From Phoronis australis (Eukaryota; Animalia; Phoronida): DNA of 64,000 nucleotides. Shown one piece after another: positions 23,701 through 36,968 of this stretch. A model generated the notes under the pieces. The model did no database searches and was not told the origin of the DNA. It was given only the letters and a program-made list of their open reading frames with translations. A program made the position numbers and the translations under genes. The number at the start of each line of letters is the position of its first letter. Position 1 is the first letter of the stretch. The stretch lies in the NCBI GenBank assembly GCA_002633005.1, contig NMRA01000309.1, positions 124,001-188,000 of the forward strand. Direction: 5' to 3'.

Positions 23701-26700
23701 TAAAAAAGTGCTGTCCTCAGTAGAATACAAATATGTTGCAAAATATGAATGCCTGAGATTTTAAAGGTCATTATTATTTAATTACACCTAGCTTTTGGTA
23801 ACTGTCATTAACATATTCAACAGAATTTGCGTCATGTAATTTGCAGAAAACCAGGGATAAACGATCGCAGTACGAAAATAAATGTACAAGTCCTCCAATT
23901 TAATAATCAAAGCACTTCTTCAATATGGACTTTAAATTGCTTGTGAGTGTCGGGTTTTAATGATAATTTTTCATTATTAAGTTATTGGTTAGATCGCCTC
24001 ACATAAATATTTCAACTTGTATTAGAACAAGAAAACGGATAATTCAGTAGGGTGCATCATAAAATTTGTAATAACGTACATGCACACAACAATGCTAGGA
24101 AATATTGATGCATTTCATTGGAATTTAGGTATGTTACCTGTTCCCATTAATCGAATTTGCTAAATGTTTCAGACAGCTTAAGTCAGCGCGCCGATGTCCG
24201 TTTCAAACTTGCAAATGACCCTGACTGGCAGGAAAAGTCAAAGTTCATCTTTGATGTCATGGACACTCAGGACAATGTTTTGTGTCAGCTGTGTGACTGG
24301 AGTGAGCTGAGGACATCTGTTGATGTTGAGGGAGGTATGATGAAAAAGATGATAATTCTAATTTACCCATGAACCTCAAGATGCAGGAAACTGCAAAACT
24401 CTCTTGTTGTACTTCTTGTTGAGAATGACAAGATTAAATTGTGCAGCAGAGTTACTTTTAAAGTAAATTCCACAAACGAAGTAAAGAAAAGCACAGAAAA
24501 ACATTAGGTGGATACACACTGGCACGTGATCACATAAAGCCATCGATAAAGTCCTTTGACATGAGAAGGCACCTGATTTCTAAGAATAATTGATGTCCAA
24601 GGCAACTTACTAGCTCAGATTTAGTGACCATGTTCAGGTAAGTGCCCATCCCAATTTCTTAAAATTTTTGATTTAATCACCTCTCTCTGTGTTAAGTGCT
24701 CTTCAACGATTTCTAGGCTTGTCGGTGTGAGCTGCCAGGGCATTAAGCTGAAAATATGCAATATTGTAAATTACATTTTCCATAATTAGTGTATAAAAGG
24801 GCTTTTCTTTTAGGTGCTGTAAACTGGGATAATATTCGACAGTTGTGATTGTATGTTAATTGGATGCAACATTTAAAAAGGGCATGCCTTTCAACCGTCT
24901 CTTTTGTATTGTTAAAACATGTTTCACGTCTGATGATTTAAACATTGACGAACAAAGTACTCTTTTGTTATCTGTTTAAAGTTGCATTGAGCAAAATAAC
25001 TAGAAAAGTGCAATTTTAATTCAATAAAAGTATATATTTTCTAAAAGTAGAAAAGGTGTGAAATTTGATTTTTGACTTTTTAACGAAGTGTCACTAACTG
25101 GATCCCATGACCAATTTCTAACAGTGTAATTGAGCATAGTGCATAAAGTATTCAAAAGTTTCATATAAAGACGCCATACATGGCCCAATCCGGTGGAACT
25201 CAAAGTGAAATTGTGGGGCCTAACGACATCATTGCGGCGAACCGTAGACTTTGCCAAGAAGACCAGACTGACTAAGCTAAATGGCTAGGAACCCTGAAGA
25301 AGAAGAAGAAGAAGAATATGAATCCATTCAGCGGTTTCTTAGATATGATGTTCTGAAGTTTGCCAAATTTGGCCATTTTTATAGCGTCCTACATGACCTT
25401 AACATTAAAGTACATTTGGTAAAGCATATAAAACTTTTGATTGTTTCAGTTCAAGAAGACTTAGTGAAGTAATGTTGTGTTGATGTAATCCTTTATTGTA
25501 GGCATGTACAAGTTGCTAAGAGTTCAAATGAAGCCCACTGCACCTTGGAATCAAATATTCCAAGACTACATAGAGGCCAGACAAGAAGCCTTTGATGATG
25601 TTATGGGCGCTTGGTGGGCAGTGGTGGGACCCAAACCTACAGGTACCGTGACATTTGTTTGTATCGCTACAAAGCATGGTAATTTACAAAGGGAAGGATT
25701 CGCACACAAAAGAAATCTGCGCAGACTTTAATGATACTTTCAAGTATTAATGTGGTGACTGATCGCGTGAGACTGGATAATAGCGGCCTCTGGAGGAAGA
25801 GGAGACAATCTTACTTTTGTTTAGAAAGCATCATGTCTAATTACATGTACTTTAAAAGGGTCACCGATCCCACGTGATCAGCCCCCGTTGCTTTCCAAAA
25901 GTCTTTCATCGAGTTTGTGTGTTCCACTGAGTGACTGATCATGCAACTGTGGTTAACAGAAACTGGTATTCACGTTGGGAGAATCCAACGCTGGTTTAGC
26001 ATTACAGTTTGCCCTTACTTGTTTGCAGTTGGAACATATTTTCGATTAGCATGATATCCCACCATCTTGAACTGCTGGCTTTTCTACTAGTCTGGACTAA
26101 TATTAATGCTAAACTAATTCTAAATGGTACCAAATGAGGAATTGTCTGTTCATTCTATGGCTTCATTGTAGTGTATGGTCTGTTCCATCATCAACACATT
26201 GACTATGTTATTAGTGGAAAGGATGCTCCCAAAGACAAGATTGAGCGTGTGGAACAAGCTGGTAAGTATCATCAACAGGTGAATAGTTTGAACCAATCAA
26301 ATCTTGTACAGTACTTTTTACTACTTTCCTATCATTTTCCATGGTTTGTACAATCTGGGAAACATCTAGAATTTTTGGGTCTATCTGGAAATGTCCTGAA
26401 ATTTAAATTTTATATGGAAAAGTCTTTAAATACAGCAAATGAACGTGGAATTTTTATGGCTGTACTTTGTCAGTGTCTGAAATATTGATTGAAGCTAGTT
26501 CAGTGTTAGAAATATTGTAAATTCAATACTGATACCGTCAGTTGTAACAAAACCATTGTCAGCGTTCTACATAATGATCTTTGGGTTGACAATTTCAATC
26601 TGAATTTTGTATATTCGACATTGAAACCCATGCTAGACTATGTTTTTCAACCCCAAATCAGACTCTGTGAAGCTGGCTTCTGAGCAATTTTTCATCTGGC

Positions 26701-27733
26701 ACATATGACTTACAGTACTGTCGTGGCACAATCTTTGCATTGCAGTTAAATGAGTGTCTTGAATCGCAACTGTAAACTCTGATTATTAGTGCCCGTTATT
26801 CATTCATAAAAGACCACTGTTTTAAAAACTAGACGTCACGTCAGTGACGACTCATGATGCTGTCTATGATTGGAATGATCCCTGCCTAAGTTTGCTGTCT
26901 ATGATTGGAATGATCCCTGCCTAAGTTTGCTGTCTATGATTGGAATGATCCCTGCCTAAGTTTGCTGTCTATGATTGGAATGATCCCTGCCTAAGTTCGT
27001 GTTCAATCTCTGTTCACGTGAGAAATCCTCATAGGAACTGAAGATAACGAAAATTAAAACTCAAAAAGACAAGTTGCTTCGATGAGTTTAAAATGTCTGG
27101 AATTTAACCACTTGTTTTAAGCAGAACTGAGATTGAGAACATGGTAATATTTTTCGGAAATAGCTCCCCTGACATCAAAGTAGGTAATTTTCCTGGTTTC
27201 AACCTGTAAGTTTCAGAGGTTGAGATTGTTGACCTGGAAATTTTCCCAGTGTTGAAGTTTATTCGTGTTAGTCTTCAAGAAGTCCTAATTCCATTAATTA
27301 CAAAATTTTGCTAGAAACATGTTTTTGGTCATCATGAGTCGTGCTTTCTCACTTGCCTGCTATTGTAATTGCCTCATCTCGAAAAGTGCATTGTATGATC
27401 AGTCCAGCTTTGTCAGTAACGCAACTTACTGTGCATGTCCTTAGCATGATGAATGAGGAACAAATTTTTATGTAAAATATTCATTACTACTTCAGCAGTG
27501 TACAACTGTGGGACAAGTGCCCTACTGATGTGTTGTATTATGGGTAAATCCTAAAGAATCATGGATTGCATTGTGGTAATTTGGAAAGTGGCTATTCACC
27601 GTCATGATTCACTTGACCTGCTCAGATTTCATTATTCCGATTGTGTTCCATCTCAGGTTTGGTGCTGGAGAAGAACGCAAGACATATACACAATTTCTTG
27701 ATGACTCCTTGCCAGTGGTCTCCCCTGAAGTAA
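20726..27733 (+). CDS. NIPSNAP3: NipSnap family protein, NIPSNAP3-like, mitochondrial (259 aa, 6 exons)
   Basis: join(20726-20788, 22968-23214, 24173-24334, 25502-25642, 26172-26261, 27657-27733), all GT-AG and in frame. Motifs IYEFRTYTVKP, LLGYW.CELGALN..IHVWQYDS..QRADVR..LANDPDWQE, GMYKL..VQMKP, C-terminal SPLK*. N-terminus is basic and hydroxyl-rich like a transit peptide. Confidence 0.9.
22150..22408 (-). mobile_element. Partial copy of the palindrome-ended repeat family at 49620-50376 and 51186-51941
   Basis: Shares tgtgatccgcca..aatctgagtgaagtatttaaaaa and the aatatcccacgag..gggatattacttcat palindrome. Confidence 0.8.
22968..23214 (+). CDS. NIPSNAP3: NIPSNAP exon 2
   Basis: TTGTGTAG acceptor, GTAAGT donor; IYEFRTY...HVWQY. 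Confidence 0.92.
24173..24334 (+). CDS. NIPSNAP3: NIPSNAP exon 3
   Basis: TTTCAG acceptor, GTATGA donor; DSLSQRADVRFKLANDPDWQE. Confidence 0.9.
25169..25316 (+). mobile_element. 3' end of a non-LTR retrotransposon (I-group/Ingi-like, tentative) with (GAA)7 tail
   Basis: RRHTWPNPVELKVKLWGLTTSLRRTVDFAKKTRL resembles a LINE ORF2 C-terminal WP..L..KLWG..L..T..F motif and is followed directly by a GAA tail. Confidence 0.6.
25502..25642 (+). CDS. NIPSNAP3: NIPSNAP exon 4
   Basis: TTGTAG acceptor, GTACCG donor; GMYKLLRVQMKP. Confidence 0.85.
26172..26261 (+). CDS. NIPSNAP3: NIPSNAP exon 5
   Basis: TTGTAG acceptor, GTAAGT donor, 90 nt in frame. Confidence 0.82.
26858..26997. repeat. 35-bp tandem repeat, 4 essentially identical copies
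   Basis: tgctgtctatgattggaatgatccctgcctaagtt x4. Confidence 0.95.
27657..27733 (+). CDS. NIPSNAP3: NIPSNAP exon 6 (terminal)
   Basis: TCTCAG acceptor; ...NFLMTPCQWSPLK*; AATAAA at 27994-27999. Confidence 0.9.
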
Positions 27734-28383
27734 CCATGGTAACTTAGGACCTGCCAGTGTTATATGTGTGATGAAAGAGATAATCATTCTGTTTTATAAG
27801 AATCAATCATCATGGGCACTGGTGTTGAACTGGTCTTGATTAATATTATGAAATTAGCTAACATATTTTAGATGTTATGTAACATGACGGTGAGACTCAT
27901 TAAGCACATGACTTGTCCTTCCAGTTTTAGTCACGTCGTCTGTCTCTTATCAGGAGTTGGATGTCCCAAGGCGTATTCCAATGACACTATGACAATAAAA
28001 CGAACATTCCAGGCGATAAAATATTGATATGTTTTACCAGCTAGCTGCGTGTCCCTGAATGTCAAAACACAGATAGGATAGCAGTCGTCTTCTCATGAAA
28101 TTCATAGTTATGGATTTGTCTCGCCTTCGTACATATGCTGCTGCATCTGTGTACTGTCTAATCTTTTCTTTGCTAACTTTGTCACAAAGTGTATGGCGTG
28201 TGCTGTTGATGCTTAGCTGATCTGAGGGCAATTTGCGCAAAGACAAGTTGTTTCCGCGTAACTTGTAGTGGACATAACATAAAATGTGTGTAAAATTCAC
28301 ACCTTTTTAACACTAAGAAGCAATAAAGATGAAGCATACAATAGGAGTGAGTGGTAAAAGCATGGCAGAACTGGAGATGATTG

Positions 28384-29225
28384 CAGGCCTCCCAATGGTG
28401 AACCCCACTCCCCCCACTACTTTTTTGTTAGTATTCCTACTTTTCCTACATTTTTACTCAAATTCCTACTTTTTCCTACTTTTTGTCAAGGTTTGTCGAT
28501 TAGAAAATTTCATGTATAACGGTTCCTCTTTGACGCTGGGGTATTCCAAGAAAGGCTGTTGGAGTAAGGGTGTCAACGCTGGTCGTGTGTTCATCCTTCA
28601 GTCTCTAAAAGGAAAAGAGAAGATTGCCTGGAATCATTTGGATAAGTTTTGGTTGATAAAAGGATATTCTTCATTTTGTCAGTACCTTCAATCAAATTTG
28701 CATTTATTCACTTCTTTTTATGTACTATTTTCATTGCAATTCCAAGGTTTAATTTAGAAAAATGTGTCTCAAATCTAGGAGTCGATTTTGAAGAAACGTG
28801 TGTTATCAATCTGTGTCTGCCTTAATGCATTGGCCCTTTTTTCTTGCATTAATTGTGTGCTTTTGCTTGTGTTAAACTCTTTTAGTAGTGTCCAGAGCTA
28901 TGTGTTTCTTTCATTTCCTATATCAAAACCCAACCACAAAAACCACTGGTATTTTTGTTTTTGTGTTTTTCTTGCACTACTAGACTGGTCTCAAGGCCAT
29001 GCTGAAGTTCATTATAAGTTACATTACAATCAAAAAAGAGTATAAATCAAATGATCTAAGTTTGTGCGCAATTTCGCAAATACAGTTTGTAAATAGACAA
29101 TTGGCAGTTTAACTGTTCTTACTTTTTCCTGCTTTCGGTAAACCTTTTCCTGTTTTTTTCCTACTTTTTTGTGATGTGCCATTCCTGGTTTTTCTGACTT
29201 TTTTGAAAAGTTGTTGGGAGACCTG
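28384..29225. mobile_element. Non-autonomous hAT element
   Basis: TIRs caggcctcccaa / ttgggagacctg; degenerate 8-bp TSD GATGATTG / AATGACTG; subterminal ttcctacttt repeats. Confidence 0.65.
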
Positions 29226-31030
29226 AATGACTGCAAAAATCAGAGTCAAGTCAAGTGTTTAATGAAAGTAAGGCCGCTGCTATTTTATACCAATCATGAT
29301 GAGAGTAATACTTATGATCGTATCATGATGAGAGTAATACTTATGATTGTAATAATAATGTAAACGTAGTAAGTACAATATTGTAATAACAAAGGTGATG
29401 ATCAGTTTTTAAATAGTGCCATGAACATCATGTATTTTGTCTTCTCTGATAGTTGTTAAAAGGAAAAGGGTTGGTTCTATATTGATATTTTTGAAATATG
29501 GTCGCAAAGTGGCTATAAGTCTGCATTGTGTAAAAGAACTTAACTTTTGGCTTACATCCTGTACCACTATAAAGCTTGAATCCACGTGTCTATTACGCAC
29601 ATGGGAAGTGATTTCAGGGGTTAGAAGTAACTGAGAGTTTGCCATTGCTTGAGTTCGTGCTCGGCACATAAAATGACAAGACTGCTTGTAGAACTTAAAC
29701 CCAAGCAAAACCAATAACAAACAAGGTTTGTCAGTTTTTTCCAAGCCAACAAATCGTCTCTTATTTGATTGGAGAACAATTTCAAGACCATTTTCATAAT
29801 GGTAAGGGGTCTGAATGAAAAGTTATTGTGACAGAAGGTAGCATTTTATTTTTGCCTAAATTAGAAGTCTTCCACCAACAGTGCTGATACTTAGTAGGTT
29901 ACCTTTTTCGCCAAAGATTGATTTTCTTATTGAGTATTAATTGTAGTATCATAAGACTATATACCGGTAGTTTTAAAATTGTTGATGGTCACAGAATCTT
30001 GTTGTGTGCTTAAAATAATTCCCAGGTGTCTGAATCACATGTCTCTATTTTTCTAAAAAAATGGTTCTTCACCAGTAGGGTTTAGTTTTGCAAGTAACTT
30101 GCAAATTCTATCTATATATTGCATTGGCTGCTTCAAAATGTGTCTGGTCAAAAAGGAAATTATGAACATTCCTTGAAAAAAACAGAAATGTTTTTTCTAT
30201 CAAATGGTTTGAAGAATTGTCATGAAGTTTGAGGACTTGGAGTAGTGTTGAGTGAATTTCAGATGCTGAATGTCATTGCTGTAAAACTTGTTCCTGGTGT
30301 CAAATGAACTTTTCATACTGGATTTACTTTTTAATTTTAAAATTACACAAACTACTTCTGAGAAATGTAGATAATAAGCTCATCAAACAAGATTGTATTG
30401 CCTTCCGTTTCAGTGGAGAGTAAATTGATGATTATTTTCTTTGGCGAATGTCCAAAAGATGAAGGAAGTCATTGACCTTTACACCACAACATGCTCCCTG
30501 AATATAAGATTTTATAGAAACAGTGTGTGTTATATGCAGGGACATCCCGTCTCGTTAGAAACTCGACCGGTTTCATAGCACCTTGCACTTAAATTCGGTC
30601 TTGTACATGTCTGCTATCGTCAAGAGGCCTGTTTATCAGAACATCTAATCAAAAGTCCTATTGTGAGGAGTAAAGTAATTACTGCATTAGAAGTGATTTT
30701 GTAGCAATAAAACTGTTGCACCCCCTGGTGGTCATTTTGTTTTTCGATATGGACGTTTTAAGTGTTGTTTGGGTGAAGAGCGTTTCGGGATGATGTCTTA
30801 AGAACCGATCGACTTGAGTCAGATTATGAAAGTGTCAGTGTGCCGGCTCCATTTTGATTTTTGGCTGGATTCGACAATTGCGGTGCCTTTTAGTGGCCAT
30901 TTGTTGTGAAAGCGTTCCCAAGTGATATGTGGAGAACCCAGTGAAGGATTTCAATGAAAGTTGACACAGTGGTTTGTGATGACAAAGCGACCGCACCGTT
31001 AAGTTTCCGGGGCGTATTCGACCACTGTAG

Positions 31031-31156
31031 CATGGGCGGCGCACCATAGGGGGCTGGGGGGCTATAGCCTCCCACGTTTTTCAGTGCTGCGCCGCCCATG
31101 GTGTAGGCGGTGCACCACAGGGGGACTGGGGGGGCTTCAGTGCTGCGCCGCCCATG
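31031..31156. mobile_element. Tiny TIR element (two tandem units) with 5-bp TSD
   Basis: TIR catgggcggcgca / tgcgccgcccatg; TGTAG at 31026-31030 and 31157-31161. Confidence 0.7.
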
Positions 31157-31756
31157 TGTAGTGCTTCTTGGCATCCATTTTGTGTGAGAGCGTTTCCAGG
31201 TGATATGTAGGCCTACATGTAGAGAACTGAGTGAAGGATTTCAGTGAATGTTCACGGGTGATGTTGACACGTGATGTCATTGTGCGGGAATCGTTAAATT
31301 TTCGGGCGGATTTGACCATTACAGCACCTCTTTACGGTCATACAATTTTTGTCGAGGGAGATTTTGAAGTGTTGTTTGGGAGAAGAGCGTTTGCGAATGT
31401 TAAGGGAATCAAAGTGACGGATTTCGATAAAACTTGATTCAAAAGGTATACCCCGGCACCATTTGATTTTCGGATGGACTCTTCCTCTGCAGCACCTATT
31501 TGATATTTTGGGGAAGAACATTTTTGCGGGCAGAGGCGGATCTACGTTTTCAGTAGCCGGATTCGCGCCAAGCGCGGCTGGTGCGTAGCGCCAAGCGTGG
31601 TGAGGTCGGGAGTGGGAGGTTGCCCCTCGGCCGTGTAAGAGATTTTTTGTTATTGTAGCCAAATAGTACAATATCAGTTTCCATGCATCCTGGCGAGTTT
31701 GTGGCAGTTAACGTGTCTCTGGAGTTTTTCTTAAGATGGCTTAAAACTTCGATTTC

Positions 31757-31757
<1 letters not shown>

Positions 31758-31793
<36 letters not shown>
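31758..31793. repeat. (CA)n microsatellite
   Basis: About 18 AC units. Confidence 0.95.
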
Positions 31794-31795
<2 letters not shown>

Positions 31796-32423
31796 CAGTG
31801 TTGCGCCGCTCATCACAGTGGTTTAGACAACTACCAAATGTTCAAGAGCGTAAGGAGCACCCGACGGCCACGTGAGAACCCACCAACACTTGATTATCAG
31901 ATGATGGCGTGACAGCAGCCCCTAGTTGTTCAAGAGCGATGACTGGCACTGTTATGTCCGGAAATAAACGGATGTTCTGTCTCGTTACAAGCTGACGAAC
32001 GATGGTGATCTCAGCGCATAGTTTATTATTACAAGCGAAAATAAACACCCAAGAATCACTTTATTAATCTGAATCACGTTGATTGTTGGGCTACCATACG
32101 TCGCAACAATTGAAAAACGTATCACCTGAACCGAAAGATACTGTACACCGTGGTGAAAAGATGTACAAAACCAGTTCGCTGAGAGACCAGAAGTACATTG
32201 AGATACAGAAATAAGCTGATCTGGTCCGTCGCGAGACCAAAAGTACGCTATGCAAAGTATCTGAATTGAAAACTGTTCCCTAGACACTTTTTGATCCCCT
32301 GTGGTTGCTCATATTCGTAATTTATGCATCTTGCCGTTACTCATTGACAAAACTTGGCGCTCATTCAGTCAAACTGTATACACTTACAGAACACACGCCT
32401 TGGGTTGTTCTGGAGAAAGCGCT

Positions 32424-33650
32424 TTAGTTGACGACCAGTGACGTGTCTAGTCTTTTCATTGTTTCGTCATGCATGGCCATCAGTGATAACCCATCAACCC
32501 TTTCCTCAAACATAGTAGCCCTCAAATGTGTCTTCACACACCTGAGCACAGAAAATGATGTCTCTGCCTCAATGGAGCCAATAGGGGATACACAGCCTAT
32601 CAGTATCAGCTCCCTGACGTTTGGAAAGATGTCACCGTCTGAGTGCGTGTTTGATTGTGGAGCGCAGGTTACTTTGCAATTCCTGTCGACTTCGCGCATT
32701 TCAAAAGGACCGCCAGCATCGGAGCTCTCACTGAAATAAAAGAAAGATATCGATACTTTTTATGTTTCTACTATTACATAGGGAAATTGGTAATTTAGCA
32801 GAAGACACAACGTTTACTCAAAATGCCGATAGCCAGAAGGTGGGNGGGAGCCTAAGTCCACATCCCTCTTCCTGCTAACCCCTAATGACATAAGAACTGA
32901 CAGCTTCCACCTGCCTGTTGTCTTTCGAAAATCTGGTGGTCAACTGCTGTGAGAGGTTGTCTAGGAAGAGTATTTCCACTGTTCTTCTGTTGTGCTCACT
33001 AGAAGTATTGACAACTTAACCACGCATTACGTGACATAGATTTTGGTTGTAAAGCAGGCAAAGAGCCCAGTGGAAATACGAACTAGAATCAGTTTCTTTG
33101 CGCTCGTAGACCCTATACTTTACTGGGTAAATTTGGTATGTCCGAAAGTAATTTCTATTTCGTTTTCGTTGTACACAAGCAGCAATGTTAAAAGTAAGTC
33201 AGAAAACCGACAATGTACAAAATGTGTAGAATTATAGGTTATTACCTGAGTGTTTCTGCAGGAACGTTAGCCCTCTGCTTCTAGTGTCTGGATTGCCGAT
33301 GATTCTGAAAATCAGGTCCAACGTTCTCAGCTATGGTTTGCGTGTCTTGGAACCATTCAACCCAGACATAGAACTTCCGTCGATGTTTGTTCTTAACGCT
33401 TGCACTTTGTCAACTGCTGTGTCAGTGAGCTTGTAAACCTCTACAATTTCATAATCTCATTTTTGAAGCTCGGCACTAAACCTATTGATGTTGTCAAGTC
33501 CATACAAAAGAGCTATACGCGCAACTAAATTTTAACCGTTTATCATAGACTGCTTCAAACCTTGCGCTTTTGTAGAAGACGATGTATCCCAGGACCAATT
33601 TGCATCTCTTGAAATTTTCCGAATAAACGTCCCAATGTCTGAACACTTGA
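32424..33650 (-). pseudogene. hAT transposase remnant including C-terminal dimerization domain
   Basis: DIFPNVRELILIGCVSPIGSIEAETSFSVLRCVKTHLRATMFEERVDGLSLMAMH; upstream WSWDTSSSTKAQGL..FSAELQK*DYEIVEVY..ALRTNID..QRANVPAET with stops. Confidence 0.85.
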
Positions 33651-34336
33651 AACTCGAAGTTGTAACACCAAATAAACGCTCATAGGCCTGACATTTCATC
33701 GGGTGGGCCTTTCTGCGGAATTTCCCAATATAGAAGACGGCACTGATTTTTTAATTATTGCGGGTAGGAAGGCGGTTAGTGCTGAGATCAGAACCAGGGT
33801 TCCATAGGAGGCTTATTGAACAACGCGCTAGTTCCGCAGAGAAAGTGCAGCATACCCGCAATTTCTGGTACTGTACACTGTTCGCGAATGCGGCCACCTT
33901 GCCAATATGAGTGCCCCCGGGTTCATTCCTGGGATAGGCATAACTTGCTAGAGTATATCTTGAAACGGACTCGGGACCAAACTACAGCACCACAATGGCC
34001 CTCACAAAGGATCAAACAATCCTTCGGAAAATGAATTTTTTAAAGCATACACATTACATGTACACTGTATGTTCAATGCGCAAGACAATTTTATTAGACA
34101 CCTGTCAATTTAGTTATAAACGTGTGGAATGTAAATAACATGTCAAAAAGGCGTGGCAGATGAGGTAAAACGTTGCACATCGATTCACCTGAACATCAGG
34201 GTTGCAGTACCACAATATTTTCTCAAATCGTATCAAAACATATCTTAAGAATAAAGACACTACTTACTTAAAAGCAACTGTAGTACGTTCTTTACTTTTT
34301 CCGTGGTGGATCCATCAAAGTGCTTGGCTGTGTCAG

Positions 34337-34489
34337 GGTTGGATTGCATAAAACTTCAAAATTATCTTTTGCATAAGTTTGATTGTTGCATGACGTCAGG
34401 TGCATTGTTAAACAAAAACAACGTGGCGCGTGATAATGTAACGTCATTGTTGCTACGCAGCGTGTAACTCAGTTTTATGCGACTGGGCC
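34337..34489. mobile_element. Small Harbinger-like MITE
   Basis: Degenerate TIRs ggttggattgcataaaac / gttttatgcgactgggcc, both flanked by CAG. Confidence 0.4.
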
Positions 34490-35077
34490 CAGAAGTGTTG
34501 ACAGAAGCACACTTAAAATCTGAACAGCGCGCGACTTGCCGATGAGTCGCGAAAACTCGAAGTGCGTTGCTTTTCGTGATTGCAGCAAATCACTATGCGA
34601 AGAAATTATGTTTTTCGGGGTGAGTCCTCTCAATTTTTTCGAGGTGGGTTACTTGGGGTTCACCCACTCTAGGTGTACCATTTTCGTTTTGCAAGCGACG
34701 TTTTTTATTTTTTTGATCCTGTCTCAAGGGGCGGTTNNNNNNNNNNNNNNNCCCCCCCCCCGTAGATCCGCCACTGGGCGGATGATATCTTTTGAGCCCG
34801 GTGGATATCAACGAAACTTTACATAGTATGATGACTATGTGCCAGCAAATTGTGTTCCTCGACAAAGGTGTTTCAGGCGTTGTTTAAAGGAAGAGCTTTT
34901 CTGGGTTATATCTAGAGAGCTGATTGACAGATTTCAATGAAAATTGACACTGCAGTATATGATGACAATGCGCTGGTACCGTTTGATTTTCGAGCAGATT
35001 TGACTACTGCAGCACCTCCTAGTGGCCCTTAGAAACATAACATATCCGATACACCGTGGGAGCATGTCAACGCCCCA

Positions 35078-36968
35078 GCATTGCTCTAGTTATTATTTTT
35101 GTTGCCTGCCTCTGTGTCGACCAAACCAATTAGATAATCAGTATTGAAGCGGGCTCGTGGATTTTCAGACGTCCACTGTGGTGCGCCCTAGTAGCACATG
35201 ATTTTCCTCATCTGCGACGGTATATTCTAAACTCTTTTTTGCAATATTTTGGACATTTGGCTAGGGTATTCCTACTAATTTGGCCACAGATGGACGGATC
35301 CGAATACCGCTGTGCCTCCTAATGGATTTTTTGTCACGTTTGCCTCTGTAACTTTGAATTTTCTTGATGGATATTCATTGAATTTGGAAAATCGTTTTGA
35401 AAAAGACGAGACGCCTTCCCCTCAGTTTCGTGTGGATTCGAAGTATTCGGTACGACCCAATGGCCATTTTAGTTATACTACTGAACACAAACAGAAATGT
35501 ACCGTTCACGGTGCAATCGTGGTCACATTTTAATGTTCCGTGTTGGTCTTGTTCAGAAATAGTTGTGTGGAATTTAAGACTAAATTTCTGACGTCTTTTA
35601 AGCTTTAAAAGTCATCTTTTATGATGCAGGTCCCTCCAGATTGAAAACATAAATCATCTGTTGTTTTCTAAACGCATTAACAGATTGTTGAGGTGTCACG
35701 TAAGATTAGATAGTGACTAAGTAATTATTATACCTGAATGATTTTACGCATCGGGATTATGTACCTGAATCGGTAATAATTATAGCGTTCAATAAAACCG
35801 CACTTTCTTTTATCATTAGTTGGCGCTTACTGACGTAGGGTACTGTTAGTCTTCAGTTTTTTTCTTGGTTTATTGCTTTGCTTACGATGTCATAATAAGA
35901 TCAAATGTTTACGTTATTTCTAATCGCGACATAAATTAAAGGGTTTTCTATTGAAAAATTAAGTTTCGATTTATAGCACTTAGCATCATCTCGTCCTTTA
36001 CTCAATTTAAANCCGTGTAGTTTAGGTACCTTGGCATTGCTCTAGTTATTATTTTTGTTGCCTGCCTCTGTGTCGACCAAACCAATTAGATAATCAGTAT
36101 TGAAGCGGGCTCGTGGATTTTCAGACGTCCACTGTGGTGCGCCCTAGTAGCACATGATTTTTCCTCATCTGCGACGGTATATTCTAAACTCTTTTTTGCA
36201 ATATTTTGGAAATTTGGCTAGGGTATTCCTACTAATTTGGCCACAGATGGACGGATCCGAATACCGCTGTGCCTCCTAATGGATTTTTTGTCACGTTTGC
36301 CTCTGTAACTTTGAATTTTCTTGATGGGTATTCATTGAATTTGGAAAATCGTTTTGAAAAAGACGAGACGCTTTCCCCTCAGTTTCGTGCGGATTCGAAG
36401 TATTCGGTACGACCCAATGGCCATTTTAGTTATACTACTGAACACAAACAGAAATGTACCGTTCACGGTGCAATCGTGGTCACATTTTAATGTTCCGTGT
36501 TGGTCTTGTTCAGAAATAGTTGTGTGGAATTTAAGACAAAATTTCTGACGTCTTTTAAGCTTTAAAAGTCATCTTTTATGATGCAGGTCCCTCCAGATTG
36601 AAAACATAAATCATGTGTTGTTTTCTAAACGCATTAACAGATTGTTGAGGTGTCACGTAAGATTAGATAGTGACTAAGTAATTATTATACCTGAATGATT
36701 TTACGCATCGGGATTATGTACCTGAATCGGTAATAATTATAGCGTTCAATAAAACCGCACTTTCTTTTATCATTAGTTGGCGCTTACTGACGTAGGGTAC
36801 TGTTAGTCTTCAGTTTTTTTCTTGGTTTATTGCTTTGCTTACGATGTCATAATAAGATCAAATGTTTACGTTATTTCTAATCGCGACATAAATTAAAGGG
36901 TTTTCTATTGAAAAATTAAGTTTCGATTTATAGCACTTAGCATCATCTCGTCCTTTACTCAATTTAAA
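35078..36968 (+). repeat. Near-identical ~935-bp direct duplication (35078-36011 / 36034-36968) across an N; probable haplotype or assembly overlap
   Basis: Copies differ by a handful of substitutions/1-bp indels and are separated by a single N at 36012. Confidence 0.85.

Larger units (their letters stand above)
31531..34776 (-). mobile_element. Decayed hAT transposon (Tip100/PRKRIR-like)
   Basis: TIRs cagaggcggatctacg / cgtagatccgccactg (15/16) enclosing transposase remnants; no clear TSD. Confidence 0.75.
30715..35090. repeat. Helentron/HINE-like repeat with internal tandem units, interrupted by nested insertions
   Basis: Recurrent unit gatttcaatgaaa.ttgacac..gatgaca..accgtt..tttc..gatttgac.actgcagcacct at 30.9-31.5 kb and 34.8-35.0 kb; ends in ctctagtt. 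Confidence 0.5.

Noticed and set aside
25281-25472. Poly-Glu ORF
   Set aside because: Translation of the LINE (GAA)n tail inside a NIPSNAP intron
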